From Octopus sinensis (Eukaryota), in contig NC_043003.1 in NCBI RefSeq assembly GCF_006345805.1, positions 107,818,001 through 107,882,000 on the forward strand: a stretch of 64,000 bases of DNA, written 5' to 3'. The first letter of the stretch is position 1; each line of letters begins with the position of its first letter. The notes beneath the pieces were generated by a model. It did no database searches, was not told where the DNA came from, and saw only the letters and a program-made list of their open reading frames with translations. Made by a program: the position numbers and the translations under genes. This document shows positions 25,795-39,122 of the stretch, one piece after another.

Positions 25795-26699
25795 AAGAAA
25801 AAGAGACATACACACACGTAGAAATAATCACTTTGGCTGGAACAAACCGAGATAATTATATTTTGTATATTCTGACACAATCTGTAGTTAACTGTAGGAA
25901 ATCTGATGAAACAATTCTCTGAAGAATCGACAAAATAATCAATCTATTAGAACGACAAATAGGTATGATTATGGAGGTAAATCTGTAACTTCAAAGTAGG
26001 CTGAGAAAGTAGAGAGCAGAACAACTACATTCGTTTTACAGTTTTTATTGTCTCGTAATTGGTAGAATTGCATACTATACGAATGACGGATATTTCGTGT
26101 AACTCTAAAATGAATACATAGAACAGATATGGCGGGTCGCATTATTAAAAAAGATTCAAGATGTTCTTTTTTTCTTTAGGCATGATTTCAGAAAGTCTCG
26201 CAAGCTGTAGTTTGCCTATGACTGGCATAGAACAGCAAACTGAGTTCCGCAGTTTTGATCCATATCTATAGCTCATCTTTTAAGACAATGTTTTTCAAAA
26301 TAGCTTGAGGAGGAGAATCTTCTTTATGGGTTCTGGTCTAGGAGGCGATGGCTGCACCAGTTACTGTTTTCTTTTGTTTTCTATTTAAATATTAACTTTT
26401 TAAAAAATATATAAACTGCTTGATTGTCACAATCACAATGGCAGTGACTATAACAATAACAGCGATAGCATCAGCAATAACAGGCTTCGGAAAGTGAACA
26501 AGTAAATAACCAATAATCAAATATATGCGTGTATAATATTTATAATTAAACTAAAGTATAATTTAAAAGTCATTGTCAAAATATGTGTATTTCCCTACAT
26601 GCAATAAAGACGTCTACTGCACTTTTAACATTAGGTAACAACCTGACTTGTATGCAAACACACACATAAGCGTGGGTGTGTGTATATATATCAGAGGTA

Positions 26700-27195
26700 A
26701 TGGTGTCATTGAGACCCAAAGGTGTCAGGTAATGCTGAATAAGTGCTATAGACAGTCCATAGTTAAGTTCCAGGTTGGTGTATAAATTCTGTACTTGGAA
26801 TGACCAAGTTTAAATACTGTTGGATCTCACTCATAAGATATTGGAATCTTACATATTTACCATTCTGACTAAAAATTGGATCTACAACTTCAATATCCCT
26901 ACATATCTTACATCTATTTTCATTCCTCCACTTCACTCTCTATTTTATATCCTATCTAAATTAACTATTACTTAACCATCCTCTCACGCCGTCTCCGATG
27001 AAGGGATATAACTAATAAATATCCTGGAAACTACTGTAAGACCTATCGATAAATGTTCTAATAGCTACACAACCTTGTTTTTTTTTTATCTCATTACGCA
27101 AAAAATTCTTATATACACACGCTGACATATGACCAACGTTGAACCCCTAATTCGCAAAATCATGGAACCTGGAACTTAACTATGGCCTGTATATA
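26700..27195 (+). mobile_element. Isolated PLE-type pLTR with hammerhead motif and inverted tail
   Basis: HHR-like motif at 26991-27042. 26757-26776 (CCATAGTTAAGTTCCAGGTT) is the exact reverse complement of 27166-27185. Confidence 0.6.
26991..27042 (+). ncRNA. Minimal type I hammerhead-like ribozyme, U4C variant
   Basis: GUCU-CCGAUGA-A-GGGAUAU(9 nt)AUAUCCU-G-GAAAC-UACU-GUA-AGAC. Confidence 0.6.
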
Positions 27196-27230
27196 TGAAA
27201 GACACTGGAATTCACGAGATTCTTTATTAT

Positions 27231-27333
27231 TCACTACGATGGTTTCGACCCATCGTGCACTGCGGCTTCGTGGTTGAGGTGCTATACAAACGGTTGTTGT
27301 GTATCGAAGGTGCAGATATGTCTCATCAGATGA
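27231..27333 (-). ncRNA. Type I hammerhead-like ribozyme with canonical core and long stem II
   Basis: UCAU-CUGAUGA-GACAUAUCUGCAC...GUGCACGAUGGGUC-GAAAC-CAUC-GUA-GUGA. Stem II has about 12 pairs with one mismatch and one bulge. Confidence 0.6.
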
Positions 27334-29799
27334 CTTGTAAAATGGTACCGCGCTTTATAATTTCTGTTTCGCTTATTTGTATTAGAATACATTTTGGTAG
27401 TTGTCGTGCGCTGCTCGTCGACACGAGTAAATCCAATAATCCCAGTGGCATATACTTCCATACGGTTGATGACATCAGGGAGCGGAATACTGTGAACGGA
27501 CTTTAAACGGCTTACTACAAGATGTATAGCCGAATATGGAATTACACAGACACACATACATACACATATGTACATGCGCAGAGGTGGTGTATATTTTAAT
27601 TTTGTTGCATCATAGCAACCAGCAACAGCAGCAGCAGCCGTAGTTTCATATCGTTTTCGAGTGCTTGTAGCGGATTTCACTGCTAACAACACTTAGTCAC
27701 TCGTCGATCGCGTTCTTTTGGGCTCGATGTCAGCCGTAACAATCACACCAGTATATTGGGCCTGCAAAGGTCATAAACATTGCACCTCGCCGCATGAATA
27801 CTTATATTAAAAAATATATCTCCACAATTTTATTAGCTAACTAGACATCAGCAGTAATTATGTAGCTATAGTTCCATGATCTCTCGTCTTGTAAACCCGA
27901 TTTTGTTCTCCGAATCTCCCTACTGTTATATAACTATATCTATATAGTTATATAACATTAGACCTAAGTGAGAATCAATTTCACACTTAGTCGGGTCTGT
28001 GAGTTAGAAAATAAGATAAACCGTTGTTTCTTCTTCAGTAATAAGTTGCGTATCCATTGTCTACCGAGATGTAAATAGGTGTCATCTTATGACGTAAGGG
28101 AAGTAGTATATATAGTGAAAGAGTGGTTATTCAACTAAGTATTTTACGTAGTTCCAAACCACAAAACACTGTGTGGGTGTATACGCGTACGCACGTTTGT
28201 ATGCTTGACAGACAGACACACACACACGCTCGCACACATATTACCACATTATTTTTTGCTTTTATGGAAAGTTATACATTAAGACAATTTCACTTTAAAT
28301 TACTCCATACTTTTCAGTGGAGTTGATATTTATTATTACAAGGAAAATCTTGTCGGTAACTTCGAAGTTTCGATTTATTAGCCTACTGGTCATAATTGTT
28401 TTAATTTTGGTGTACTATTTTTGAAGAGGGGGAAGGTATCAGCTAGTTCAATCTAAATTGAATAGCAATTACTTTAAATTTCCAAAGCATTTCTATAAAA
28501 CGCGCTGCTTTCATTTGAGTTTAAGGGTGATTCTAAAATCAATCTATTATTCACTGGGATTCTGCTTTCATTTCTTTTTTTGTCGTGTTCATTATTTTAT
28601 ATATACCGACTTGACATTTAGAGCACATCTATTGGAGGTAATTAACTTGGGAAGATTTTATGTGGCAGAATGTAAGAAAAAATGTTAAAGAAAGAACCTG
28701 TTTTGGTATACATATTCTGTTATTTGTCTCAGTCATTTGACTGCGGCCTTGTAAGATTTTAGTCGAACAAATCAACCCCAGGACTTATTTTTTAAGCATA
28801 GCATTTATTCTATCGGTTTATTTTGCCGAACCGCTGAATTATGGGGGCGTAAACACACCAACGCCATCTGTCAAGCGGTGACGGGGGAACAAATACAGAC
28901 ACACACACACACACACACGCTACGGACCTCTTTCACAAGGCTTTAGTCGACCCGAGGCTGTAGTAGAAAACACCGAAGGTGCCATGCAGTGGGATTCAAC
29001 CCGAAACCAAAACAGATTTATATAGACATATTGTTATTTTATTTTTTAAACTGAGCTGCTATCTCTAGCAGGTCGACTGACCATGTAATAATGCCATCCA
29101 TAAGAATTTTCTGCATTATTACGCATGGTTACCGACAAATTTCAATTGTAATTCATTTGTGTTTTATATTACATTTTAAATTGTTTCTACATAATCTTTA
29201 TTTGTGTTGCAAAATATGTTTAAAATAGAATTCGGGCTTATTTGCTATTTTACTCACACGTTTGAATGAAAATAGAGGAAATGTAAAAACCATTACGGAA
29301 ATCGAAACGACGAAATGTACTTAGTTTCTGTTTCTATGATGCTACGTAAAATATTTTTTCTTTATATTCACTTGCGTTTCAATAACGAGATATAATAGAA
29401 AACATTTTTTGTATAAAATAAAAGGAAATATTTTTATATATATTAAACAATTTTATGTATATTAAGCAATATATTGATATAATCGTCACAGCTGGAACGT
29501 CTTTGTGTTGTTTTGTTACTTTTGTTTATTTGTTAAATGTTAATAAATACTTTTTTACGTTAATGCATTTTATGTTATGTTAAATATAATGGAACTTTAA
29601 CGTTTCTGAAAAACTTAGGTCAATAATTTTGCTACCTCATACTGGTAATAATGCTTTATCGTTAACCGATGTTAAAAAAGTAAAGGAAAACGATGTGACA
29701 CACATCGATTCTTCTTGCTTGGATCTTTTTTTTTTCCATTTTGGATAAATTTTGAGGGATAACGAAAAAGGCATAGCAAACTGCAAGAAGAAGCAGTTA

Positions 29800-31250
29800 A
29801 AGGGCGTAAGTGAACTTCAGACTTCTGGCCAAACATCATTATGAATGCAAGTTAGTGTGTGACAACAATGATCTATATAACCAGGCTGTTGGACTAAGAA
29901 CAGTCACAGAAGCTAATGCGGATAAAGTAACTTATAAGCTAATAGAAGAAACAGAAGAACTACGGTTGATAGTAAAAAGTGCCCTTGGCTGAAAGGGATC
30001 CACATCAGAAATCAACATCAGATTTATTGATAACATGAATAGAATTGATTCTGAATCATTGCGAAATGTTCAGACCTTTGAAGTACCAACTGGTGTTCCC
30101 AAGGATAAGGATAATGACTTATTTCCAGCTCTTTATTTTACGGTAATACTGAAAAACGGAGAGAAATCTAAAAATGACTGACTGTGTTTGAGTCAAGTGA
30201 GGCATCACTATTCTGTGCATCTTGTTTTTTTGTTCGTTTGTCAATGATGTCTAATATGAATGCATTAACGGATCATTGAGAATGAAGTATTGATAACGAG
30301 TGGAAAAAATTAAAGGATCGCATTCCAAGTCATGAAAATTCTCACTTGTACTAGGAAAATTACATTGTTTGGAAAGAAATGGCAAAGAAAGAAGGCAGAA
30401 AAGAGCAGTGCTTCAACATAAATTATATTTATGACCAGATCAAGGCTTAAAGCTAAAAATGAAAGAAAATTATTCATAATATTCTTGATGTTATCTTATT
30501 TTTGTAGGAGAGGGCGCTCGCTTTCTATGGTTCTTTTTGACAAATTGGTGCTAGTCATTATAGATTTTTTTTTGCATTGCGGAACATTGAGCAAATATGA
30601 TTCATTATTATTCGAACATATTACACGTAAATGGAAAGCACAGGAGAATGAAACAAGGCCTAAAATATACTACCTACTGAATAATATACAATATAAGTTC
30701 TTTGAAATCTTCAATAATGCAAAACAGCATTATTGAAGATATAAAACCTGCAAAGTATTTTGCTATTGTTGTCGATGGAACCCCTGATAGTTATGTCAGA
30801 AAACGGATATGTGAAGAGGGAAGATACTGGTTTCTCAATACAGAAAGCCTTATTGCGTTTTTATGAATTTTCCAGAACAACAGGGAAAGAAAGTACTGAT
30901 AAAAAATCTTAGATTTCTTAGTAAGTCTCAATCTGACCTTTGATGAATGTATGGGTTAGCTTTACGCTGGTATGCAGGCAGCTTAACGGAAAAGAATAGG
31001 AACACTACATTTGCCTCAGTTTTGCAGTTTCTATACCATTCATTCCATTGTTAGCACAGATTATAATGGAGCTGTAACGGAGCTATAATATTCTTTGGAG
31101 CAATACTGAAAGATCTCCTTCCGGTTTCATTGCATACACCGTCAAGCAAAAAATAATCAGCGAGAATTAATTGCTATACAAATTGGATAACTCTGAATGG
31201 GCATATGGTAATAAATTCTCGTATTTGGACGTGTAAAGGGACAACTTTAG
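29800..31250 (+). mobile_element. Degenerate hAT transposase (ZMYM1-like/DUF4371, Tip100-type)
   Basis: LFCASCFF (about 30210), WKKLKDRIPSHENSH (30301 onward), SIIEDIKPAKYFAIVVDGTPDS (30726 onward, first catalytic Asp). Many stops and frameshifts. A SINE abuts the 3' side. Confidence 0.8.
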
Positions 31251-31261
31251 TTAACTATGAA

Positions 31262-31630
31262 CAGATGCGTAGGGGTGGCTCTGTGGTAAGTAGCTTGCTT
31301 ACGAACCACATGGTTCCGGGTTCAGTCCAACTGCGTAACACCTTGGGCAAGTGTTGTCTACTATAGCCTCGGGTCGACCAAAGCCTTGTGAGTGGATTTG
31401 GTAAACGGAAACTGAATGTGTGTGTATATGTTTGTGTGTCTGTGTTTGTCCCCCCAACGTTGCTTGACAACCGATGCTGGTGTGCTTACGTCCCTGTAAC
31501 TTAGCAGTTCGGAAAAAGAGACCTATAGAATAAGTACTAAGCTCCCAAATAATATGTCCTGGGGTCGATTTGCTCGACTAAAGGCGGTGCTCCAGCATGG
31601 CCACAGTCAAATGACTGAAACAAGTAAAAG
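31262..31630 (+). mobile_element. Family-B SINE
   Basis: Complete head, body and tail, collinear with 35268-35680. Confidence 0.9.
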
Positions 31631-32255
31631 AATAAAAGAATAAAAGAGATGTTCCGAAAATTAGAGAATAATAGGATGCTGCGTTTCAAAAAGCATGGCT
31701 TGGTTTAATTGCAGTTAATGTGCTATACTGTCTTGTTATTTGCAGGCAAAGTTTATATGAATTTCAAATCCGATTCTATGTTACAGAAATTATTCATTGC
31801 ACAGGCGCAAGAACTTTTGAACAGAATAATAATTTGGAACAACAACAGTAACAAGGCAATGTTGTATAATTTTTTATGTGAAAGAAGTGAATTTTCTCAT
31901 TGCACACGCAAAAGTACTGCTGATAGTAAGGAACTGATGCCTGTTTTCTGAGCTCGAATTTTGAAAAAAAACAAAAAAAAATTTTTCTTTTATAGTATTG
32001 TTTTCTATAGCCATTTACCGATCTTGGACAAAAGTTCTAACGATTACCTTTTCTACAAAACCTAGTTCTTTTATTCTGATTTGTTACTTGTAAGTATATA
32101 GAGTACATGTACATTGATATATTTTTAATTCATATCTGGAGCAATTGTCTTCTACTATAGCTCCGGATCGACCAAAAGTCTTGTGAGTGGATTTTGCAGA
32201 AACTGGAGGAAGCTCTTTGTATATCTATATCTATCTATCTATCTATCTATCTATC

Positions 32256-32389
<134 letters not shown>

Positions 32390-32394
32390 GTTAA

Positions 32395-32570
32395 TACAAA
32401 CATGAAAACACAACAACGCGAGGACGTGGAACAAGTATAGTGATATTGGACGCTCAGGAAAGGAAAGAAAGAAGGAGGATTTAACGTTTCGTCAGAAACA
32501 TAAGAAAAGGAAAAATCCAAGGAAGGGAAGACGGAGGAAAAAATCACCAACGGTACACACGCCGTTACAT
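32395..32570 (-). mobile_element. PLE pLTR fragment whose hammerhead lacks stem II
   Basis: Minus strand 32480-32499 reads UUU-CUGAC-GAAAC-GUU-AAA. This is the same stem I and AACGUU layout as 7176-7213, without stem II. Confidence 0.5.
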
Positions 32571-32583
32571 TATATATATATTA

Positions 32584-32614
<31 letters not shown>

Positions 32615-32664
32615 ATACATGTATGTAGTATGTATGTATATATATATACATACATACATATGTA

Positions 32665-32721
<57 letters not shown>

Positions 32722-32747
32722 TATATATTATATATATATATATGATG

Positions 32748-32801
<54 letters not shown>

Positions 32802-32813
32802 ATATATTATATA

Positions 32814-32845
<32 letters not shown>

Positions 32846-33737
32846 CATACATATACATACATACATGCATATATACATACATGCATAGATACATACATGC
32901 GTATATATGTTACAAAAAAGAGATGACAAAGGAATAAGCGATTATCTTATGAACTTCATTAGCTTACAGGTGTTTCCGCTATAAGATGCGGTGAACTCGT
33001 ACTTGAGTGTCTGAATAACACCTTATGGTTTCATTGGAATCACAAATATGAAGAGCGATTTGTTTGGGAAAACAAATATATTTACTTTTTCTGTACATCT
33101 GGGCATAGCAATCAGTATACACATCTTACAATTAATTTTATTCTAGTTTCATCCCCGACACATATGCTTTATCATTGGTAATGATTTCTTGTATATATGT
33201 TTACATTTCTATATATAAGTGTGTGTACGATAAACTAGCGTAAACTATTAATATAATCATTGTATCCCATAGATTAGGTTCAACCAAAACTCGTGACACT
33301 TCATATTCTTTGATGATTCTAAACCTACATTAATCACTAATTCTCGTTGATGAAACTCATTGAAAACTCGAAAGAGATTGTCCTGATGTTAACAAAACAT
33401 AAGAGATATAGTTTGCACAGAAAAGATTTATTATCGGATTTTTCACAACGGACACTAATAAAACTTGGATTACGCAAATCACTACCAGAAAACTAAGACT
33501 TCGGAGGCAAAACAAACGTGAAAAATTTATTCCTTTTATTTATACAAAGATATAATTATATTTACCGTTTGAATATGCCCACAAAAGAGATAATTACCAA
33601 TTCCAGAACAAAAGAAAGGTTGGACATAATCTCATATATTCTTCCGAATATATTTTGTCCTTGTAATGTTTTAATCTGTTGTATCAGTACTAAGTACAGC
33701 TGAAAGTTAACCGAAATGTCGAAAACAGTCGTTCATA

Positions 33738-33768
<31 letters not shown>

Positions 33769-33845
33769 CATATTATATATATATATTATGTGTGTGTGTG
33801 TGTGTATACATGTATATATATATGATATGCATGTATTATATATAT

Positions 33846-33914
<69 letters not shown>

Positions 33915-34021
33915 TATATATATATATATATACATATTATGTATGTATGTATGTATATATAATATACATACATATGTATATATGTATATATATATATATA
34001 TAGATATAATATATATGTATA

Positions 34022-34062
<41 letters not shown>

Positions 34063-34078
34063 ATATATATGTGTATGT

Positions 34079-34122
<44 letters not shown>

Positions 34123-34134
34123 TATGTAGTATAG

Positions 34135-34177
<43 letters not shown>

Positions 34178-35066
34178 ATATACATACATATACATACATA
34201 CATGCATATATACATACATGCATAGATACATATGCGTATAATGTTACAAAAAAGAGATGACAAAGGAATAAGCGATTATCTTATGAACTTCATTAGCTTA
34301 CGGTGTTTCCGCTATAAGATGCGGTGAACTCGTACTTGAGTGTCTGATAACACCTTATGGTTTCATTGGAATCACAAATATGAAGACGATTTGTTTGGAA
34401 AACACAATATATTTACTTTTCTCTGTACATCTGGGCATAGCAATCAGTATACAACATCTTACAATTATTTTATTCTAGTTTCATCCCCGACACATATGCT
34501 TTATCATTGGTAATGATTTCTTGTATATATGTTTACATTTCTATATATAAGTGTGTGTACGATAAACTAGCGTACTATTAATATAATCATTGTATCCCAT
34601 AGATTAGGTTCAACCAAAACTCGTGACACTTCAATTCTTTGATGATTCTAAACTACATTAATCACTAATTCTCGTTGATGAAACTCATTGAAAACTCGAA
34701 AGAGATTGTCCTGATGTTAACAAAACATAAGAGATATAGTTTGCACAGAAAAGATTTATTATCGGATTTTTCACAACGGACACTAATAAAACTTGGATTA
34801 CGCAAATCACTACCAGAAAACTAAGACTTCGGAGGCAAAACAAACGTGAAAAATTTATTCCTTTTATTTATACAAAGATATAATTATATTTACCGTTTGA
34901 ATATGCCCACAAAAGAGATAATTACCAATTCCAGAACAAAAGAAAGGTTGGACATAATCTCATATATTCTTCCGAATATATTTTGTCCTTGTAATGTTTT
35001 AATCTGTTGTATCAGTACTAAGTACAGCTGAAAGTTTAACCGAAATGTCGAAAACAGTCGTTCATA

Positions 35067-35104
<38 letters not shown>

Positions 35105-35176
35105 TATATATATATATTATGTGTGTGTGTGTGTGTATACATGTATATATATATGATATGCATGTATTATATATAT

Positions 35177-35245
<69 letters not shown>

Positions 35246-35265
35246 TATATATATATTATACATAC
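32560..35265. repeat. Tandem duplication of about 1.33 kb
   Basis: Unique core 32908-33720 is repeated at 34242-35049. The track shows identical 61-aa ORFs at 33518 and 34846. Confidence 0.95.
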
Positions 35266-35267
35266 AT

Positions 35268-35680
35268 AGGCGCAGGAGTGGCTGTGTGGTAAGTAGCTTG
35301 CTAACCAACCACATGGTTCCGGGTTCAGTCCCACTGCGTGGCATCTTGAGCATGTGTTTTCTGCTATAGCCCCGGGCCGACCAATGCCTTGTGAGTGGAC
35401 TTGGTAGGCGGAAACTGAAAGAAGCCTGTCGTATATATGTATATATATATATATGTATATTTGTATGTGTGTGTGTTTGTGTGTCTGTCCCCCTAGCATT
35501 GCTTGACAACCGATGCTGGCGTGTTTACGTCCCCGTCACTTAGCGGTTCGGCAAAAGAGACCGATAGAATAGGTACTGGGCTTACAAAGAATAAGTCCCG
35601 GGGTTGATTTGCTCGACTAAAGGCGGTGCTCCAGCATGGCCGCAGTCAAATGACTGAAACAAGTAAAAGAGTAAAGAGTA
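35268..35680 (+). mobile_element. Family-B SINE, best-preserved copy
   Basis: GCGCAGGAGTGGCTGTGTGGTAAG head through the GACTGAAACAAG(TAAAAGAG)n tail. Confidence 0.9.
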
Positions 35681-35710
35681 AAAAAGAGTATATAAACGTA
35701 TATATATATG

Positions 35711-35741
<31 letters not shown>

Positions 35742-37604
35742 GTACACACACACACATATATATATATATAATATATATATATATATAGCTATATATATTA
35801 TATATATATATATTACACATGGGCACTATGTATATGTATGTGTGTGTGCTGACGTGGAAGACCATAATGTAAATGTGTAATCATTATAGGGGTTGAATAG
35901 GGTGAAATGTATTAATTAATAATCAGTCCTGTGGTTTGGTTCCTTCCGTTTTAAAAGTTTCGGCGAGAATGGTTTAATAAATGACGTTTGCAGAGGTCTT
36001 TCATCAGATGCGTAAATGTGTATGTACGTTTAGTTTTCACCAGGTGAGTGAGCATCCCAATTAGACATTCGCTCGGAAGTATGAGTTTATGCGCATTCAG
36101 TTTGTTTCTTCAAATACGTAAATGCATAAATATGCTTCTATCCACTGAATATCCAAAGTCATATACATCTGTACACACGAAGCTATTTGACGAATGGATA
36201 CAGTAAACACGTTGCAGGCACACAATTCTATACGCGCATACAGATTCATGCTCACAACATATCAAATAATTCATACACTCAGCCCACCCAAACTACAAAT
36301 TAATGCGGAAGAAACAACGCCAACTATACATATTACACACACTCATACCCACCACAGGACACGATAAAACCACATGCACACAACCACACAAGAACACACG
36401 GACATTAACATGATATCCATACATGTATTACCAGGATAAATCACAACAATTACACAATCACACAATCACGTTCGGAATATTTCACATATATAAATACCTT
36501 AGAAACAATCATTCGTATGCACAGATACACTTACACACTCAGCATACACGTATTAATATGATCATACACTTACACTCACATATATAAGCAAATAGGATAA
36601 ATGACATATTCACATACTACAAGCCATACACTCATACAACCATTCACACAAAGTCGTAATTCCTCACACAACTTCGTTTTCCCTGAAACATGCATTTTAT
36701 ATTAGCTTACATTTCGAACTACACCCATATTGACGTCTATGAACGTTATTTACAGACATGCACACACACATATACGTACCTTTATAGAAATAAAGTTTTG
36801 CAGATGTATCAGCTCTATTACGTCAAGCAACGAATATTCCCCATCACGAAAAAACATGTTTATTTACTCTTGCTCCTCACAGCTCCGAACAGAAAATCAA
36901 TCTTCAAATCGCAAAATAACATCATACTAACTGTATTTGAGAGTTCTTTCTCTTTGACATATGCAACTTGCCTGATATATAAATCCTGGATTTCTCTAAA
37001 GCAGTAGTTTCCATGGCATGTGGTATAACATTTTACATCTAACTATATTTGGGCGTAAGGGAGATATATTCTATTTAAACAATGAAAAAATATTTTGTGA
37101 GAACTATGTTTTCAGGCAGCTCAAAGAATTAAAGGTCGTAAATGATCATAAAAAGGTTGGATGGAGACTTCTCTTAACCAAAGTTCATTGCGATATATAA
37201 ATGATGCCAAACTATTTAAAAATTAAAAAAAAGCAACAACTTAAATAATGGTCTTGGAGTGAGTTAAATTCATAAGACCAGGAAAGGAAGGCTCAAGATA
37301 AATGGTTAGTAAGAAGGATAAGTAAAATGTCAGAATTACAACAAAACTTTGAAGAAATGTATGCAAGGTTCAAAACACTCTAGCCGTAAGTGGATTTTGT
37401 TAAGTGTAGTATAGTAGCTAATTCTGCAGAACATGAACCACATTTTTGGATTTCATTAATGCGCTGCCTGCTTTTTCCACTAATTTTCTTCTTGAATGTG
37501 TAATCTGCGTTGCATTCTTTGGACCAGCAAATGTATTTCGATAAAGATGAAAGTGTCCTTTATTCTTTATCTCTAAAGATAAAACTTGTAAAAAATGAGT
37601 TTTA

Positions 37605-37711
37605 CTGCCGGAGCCTCGTGGAGCTATTTAGGTGTTTTCGCTCAATAAACACCCACAACGCTCGGCCTGGGAATCGAAACCGCGAGTCCGCTGCCCTAAC
37701 CACCTCCACAC

Positions 37712-37771
<60 letters not shown>

Positions 37772-38792
37772 AATAATAAATCTCTGAGCGAGATATAAAC
37801 AGTAACCGTTCGACAACGTAAGGTGTATTAGCCATCTGAATGTGGCTAGCCACTGGGGAGTGGGGTGTTACTGATGCATTTAGCCCCAGGCGATCAACGT
37901 CACCAGAAGGACTTTAGACACTATCTCAGTGCCCTTGTGTTATTTGCAAAGGGAGGTCATCCTCCCTCGAAGACCTGAGTACTACATACGGACTATAGTT
38001 TCAAGGTAATTGCCTCTCGTCAACGCATGGTAAGCACCGGTCTTCGATGAAGGAGTCCCCTTGCAAAAAAATATATAACGTTTTTCACAGCAGCCACTGT
38101 TACTGATTTAGAAAAACTGTCTGAAAACAATAATAAATCTCTGAACGAGATATAAACAGTAACCGCTCGACAGCGTAAGGTGTATTAGCCATCTGAATGT
38201 GGCTAGCCACTGGGGGGTGGGGTGTTACTGATGCTTTTAGCCCCAGGCGATCAACGTCACCAGAAGGACTTTAGACACTATCTCAGTGCCCTTGTGTTAT
38301 TTGCAAAGGGAGGTCATCCTCCCTCGAAGACCAGAGTACTACATACGGACTATAGTTTCAAGGTAATTGCCTCTCGTCAACGCATGGTAAGCGCCGGTCT
38401 ACTGTTTATATTTCGTTCAGAGATTTATTATTGTTTTCAGACAGTTTTTCTAAATCAGTGACAGTGGTTGCTGTGAAAAACGTTATATATTTATTTGCAA
38501 GGTGACTCCTTCATCGAAGACCGGTGCTTACCATGCGTTGACGAGAGGCAATTACCTTGAAACTATAGTCCGTATGTAGTACTCGGGTCTTAGAGGGAGG
38601 ATGACCTCCCTTTGCAAATAACACAAGGGCACTAAGATAGTGTCTAAAGTCCTTCTGGTGACGTTGATCGCCTGGGGCTAAAAGCATCAGTAACACCCCA
38701 CCCCCCAGTGGCTAGCCACATTCAGATGGCTAATACACCTTACGTTGTCGAGCGGTTACTGTTTATATCTTGCTCAGAGATTTATTATTGTT

Positions 38793-38837
<45 letters not shown>

Positions 38838-38945
38838 CGTGTGGAGGTGGTTAGGGCAGCGGACTCGCGGTTTCGATTCCCAGGCCGGGCGTTGTGAGTG
38901 TTTATTGAGCGAAAACACCTAAATAGCTCCACGAGGCTCCGGCAG
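37605..38945. repeat. Large inverted duplication (arms 37605-38161 and 38400-38945) with an internal 357-bp direct repeat
   Basis: Arms are reverse complements by eye. The unit aacaataataaatctctg starts at 37769 and 38126. Confidence 0.9.
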
Positions 38946-39122
38946 GGGGTGGTGATCTCTGCTGTACTCTTTCGCCACAACTTTCTCTCACTCTTTCTTC
39001 TGTTGGCCTGTTCGCTTACCCAGCGGGGTGGCGTCATTTGAAGGCTAAATCAATGCGAAGCGCATTGTGACCAGCGATGTGTAACAACATCTCATAGCCT
39101 GGTCGGTCACTTGATCACGTGA
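38840..39122 (+). mobile_element. Family-C-related SINE (different 3' half)
   Basis: GGTGGTTAGGGCAGCGGACTCGCGGTTTCGATTCCC head. Body shares gagcgaaa(a)cacctaa and ctctttcgccacaactttctctcactc with 8941-9250. Confidence 0.75.

Noticed and set aside
33518-35031. Two identical 61-aa ORFs suggesting a duplicated gene
   Set aside because: GTG start, no domain, and fully explained by the probably artefactual tandem duplication.
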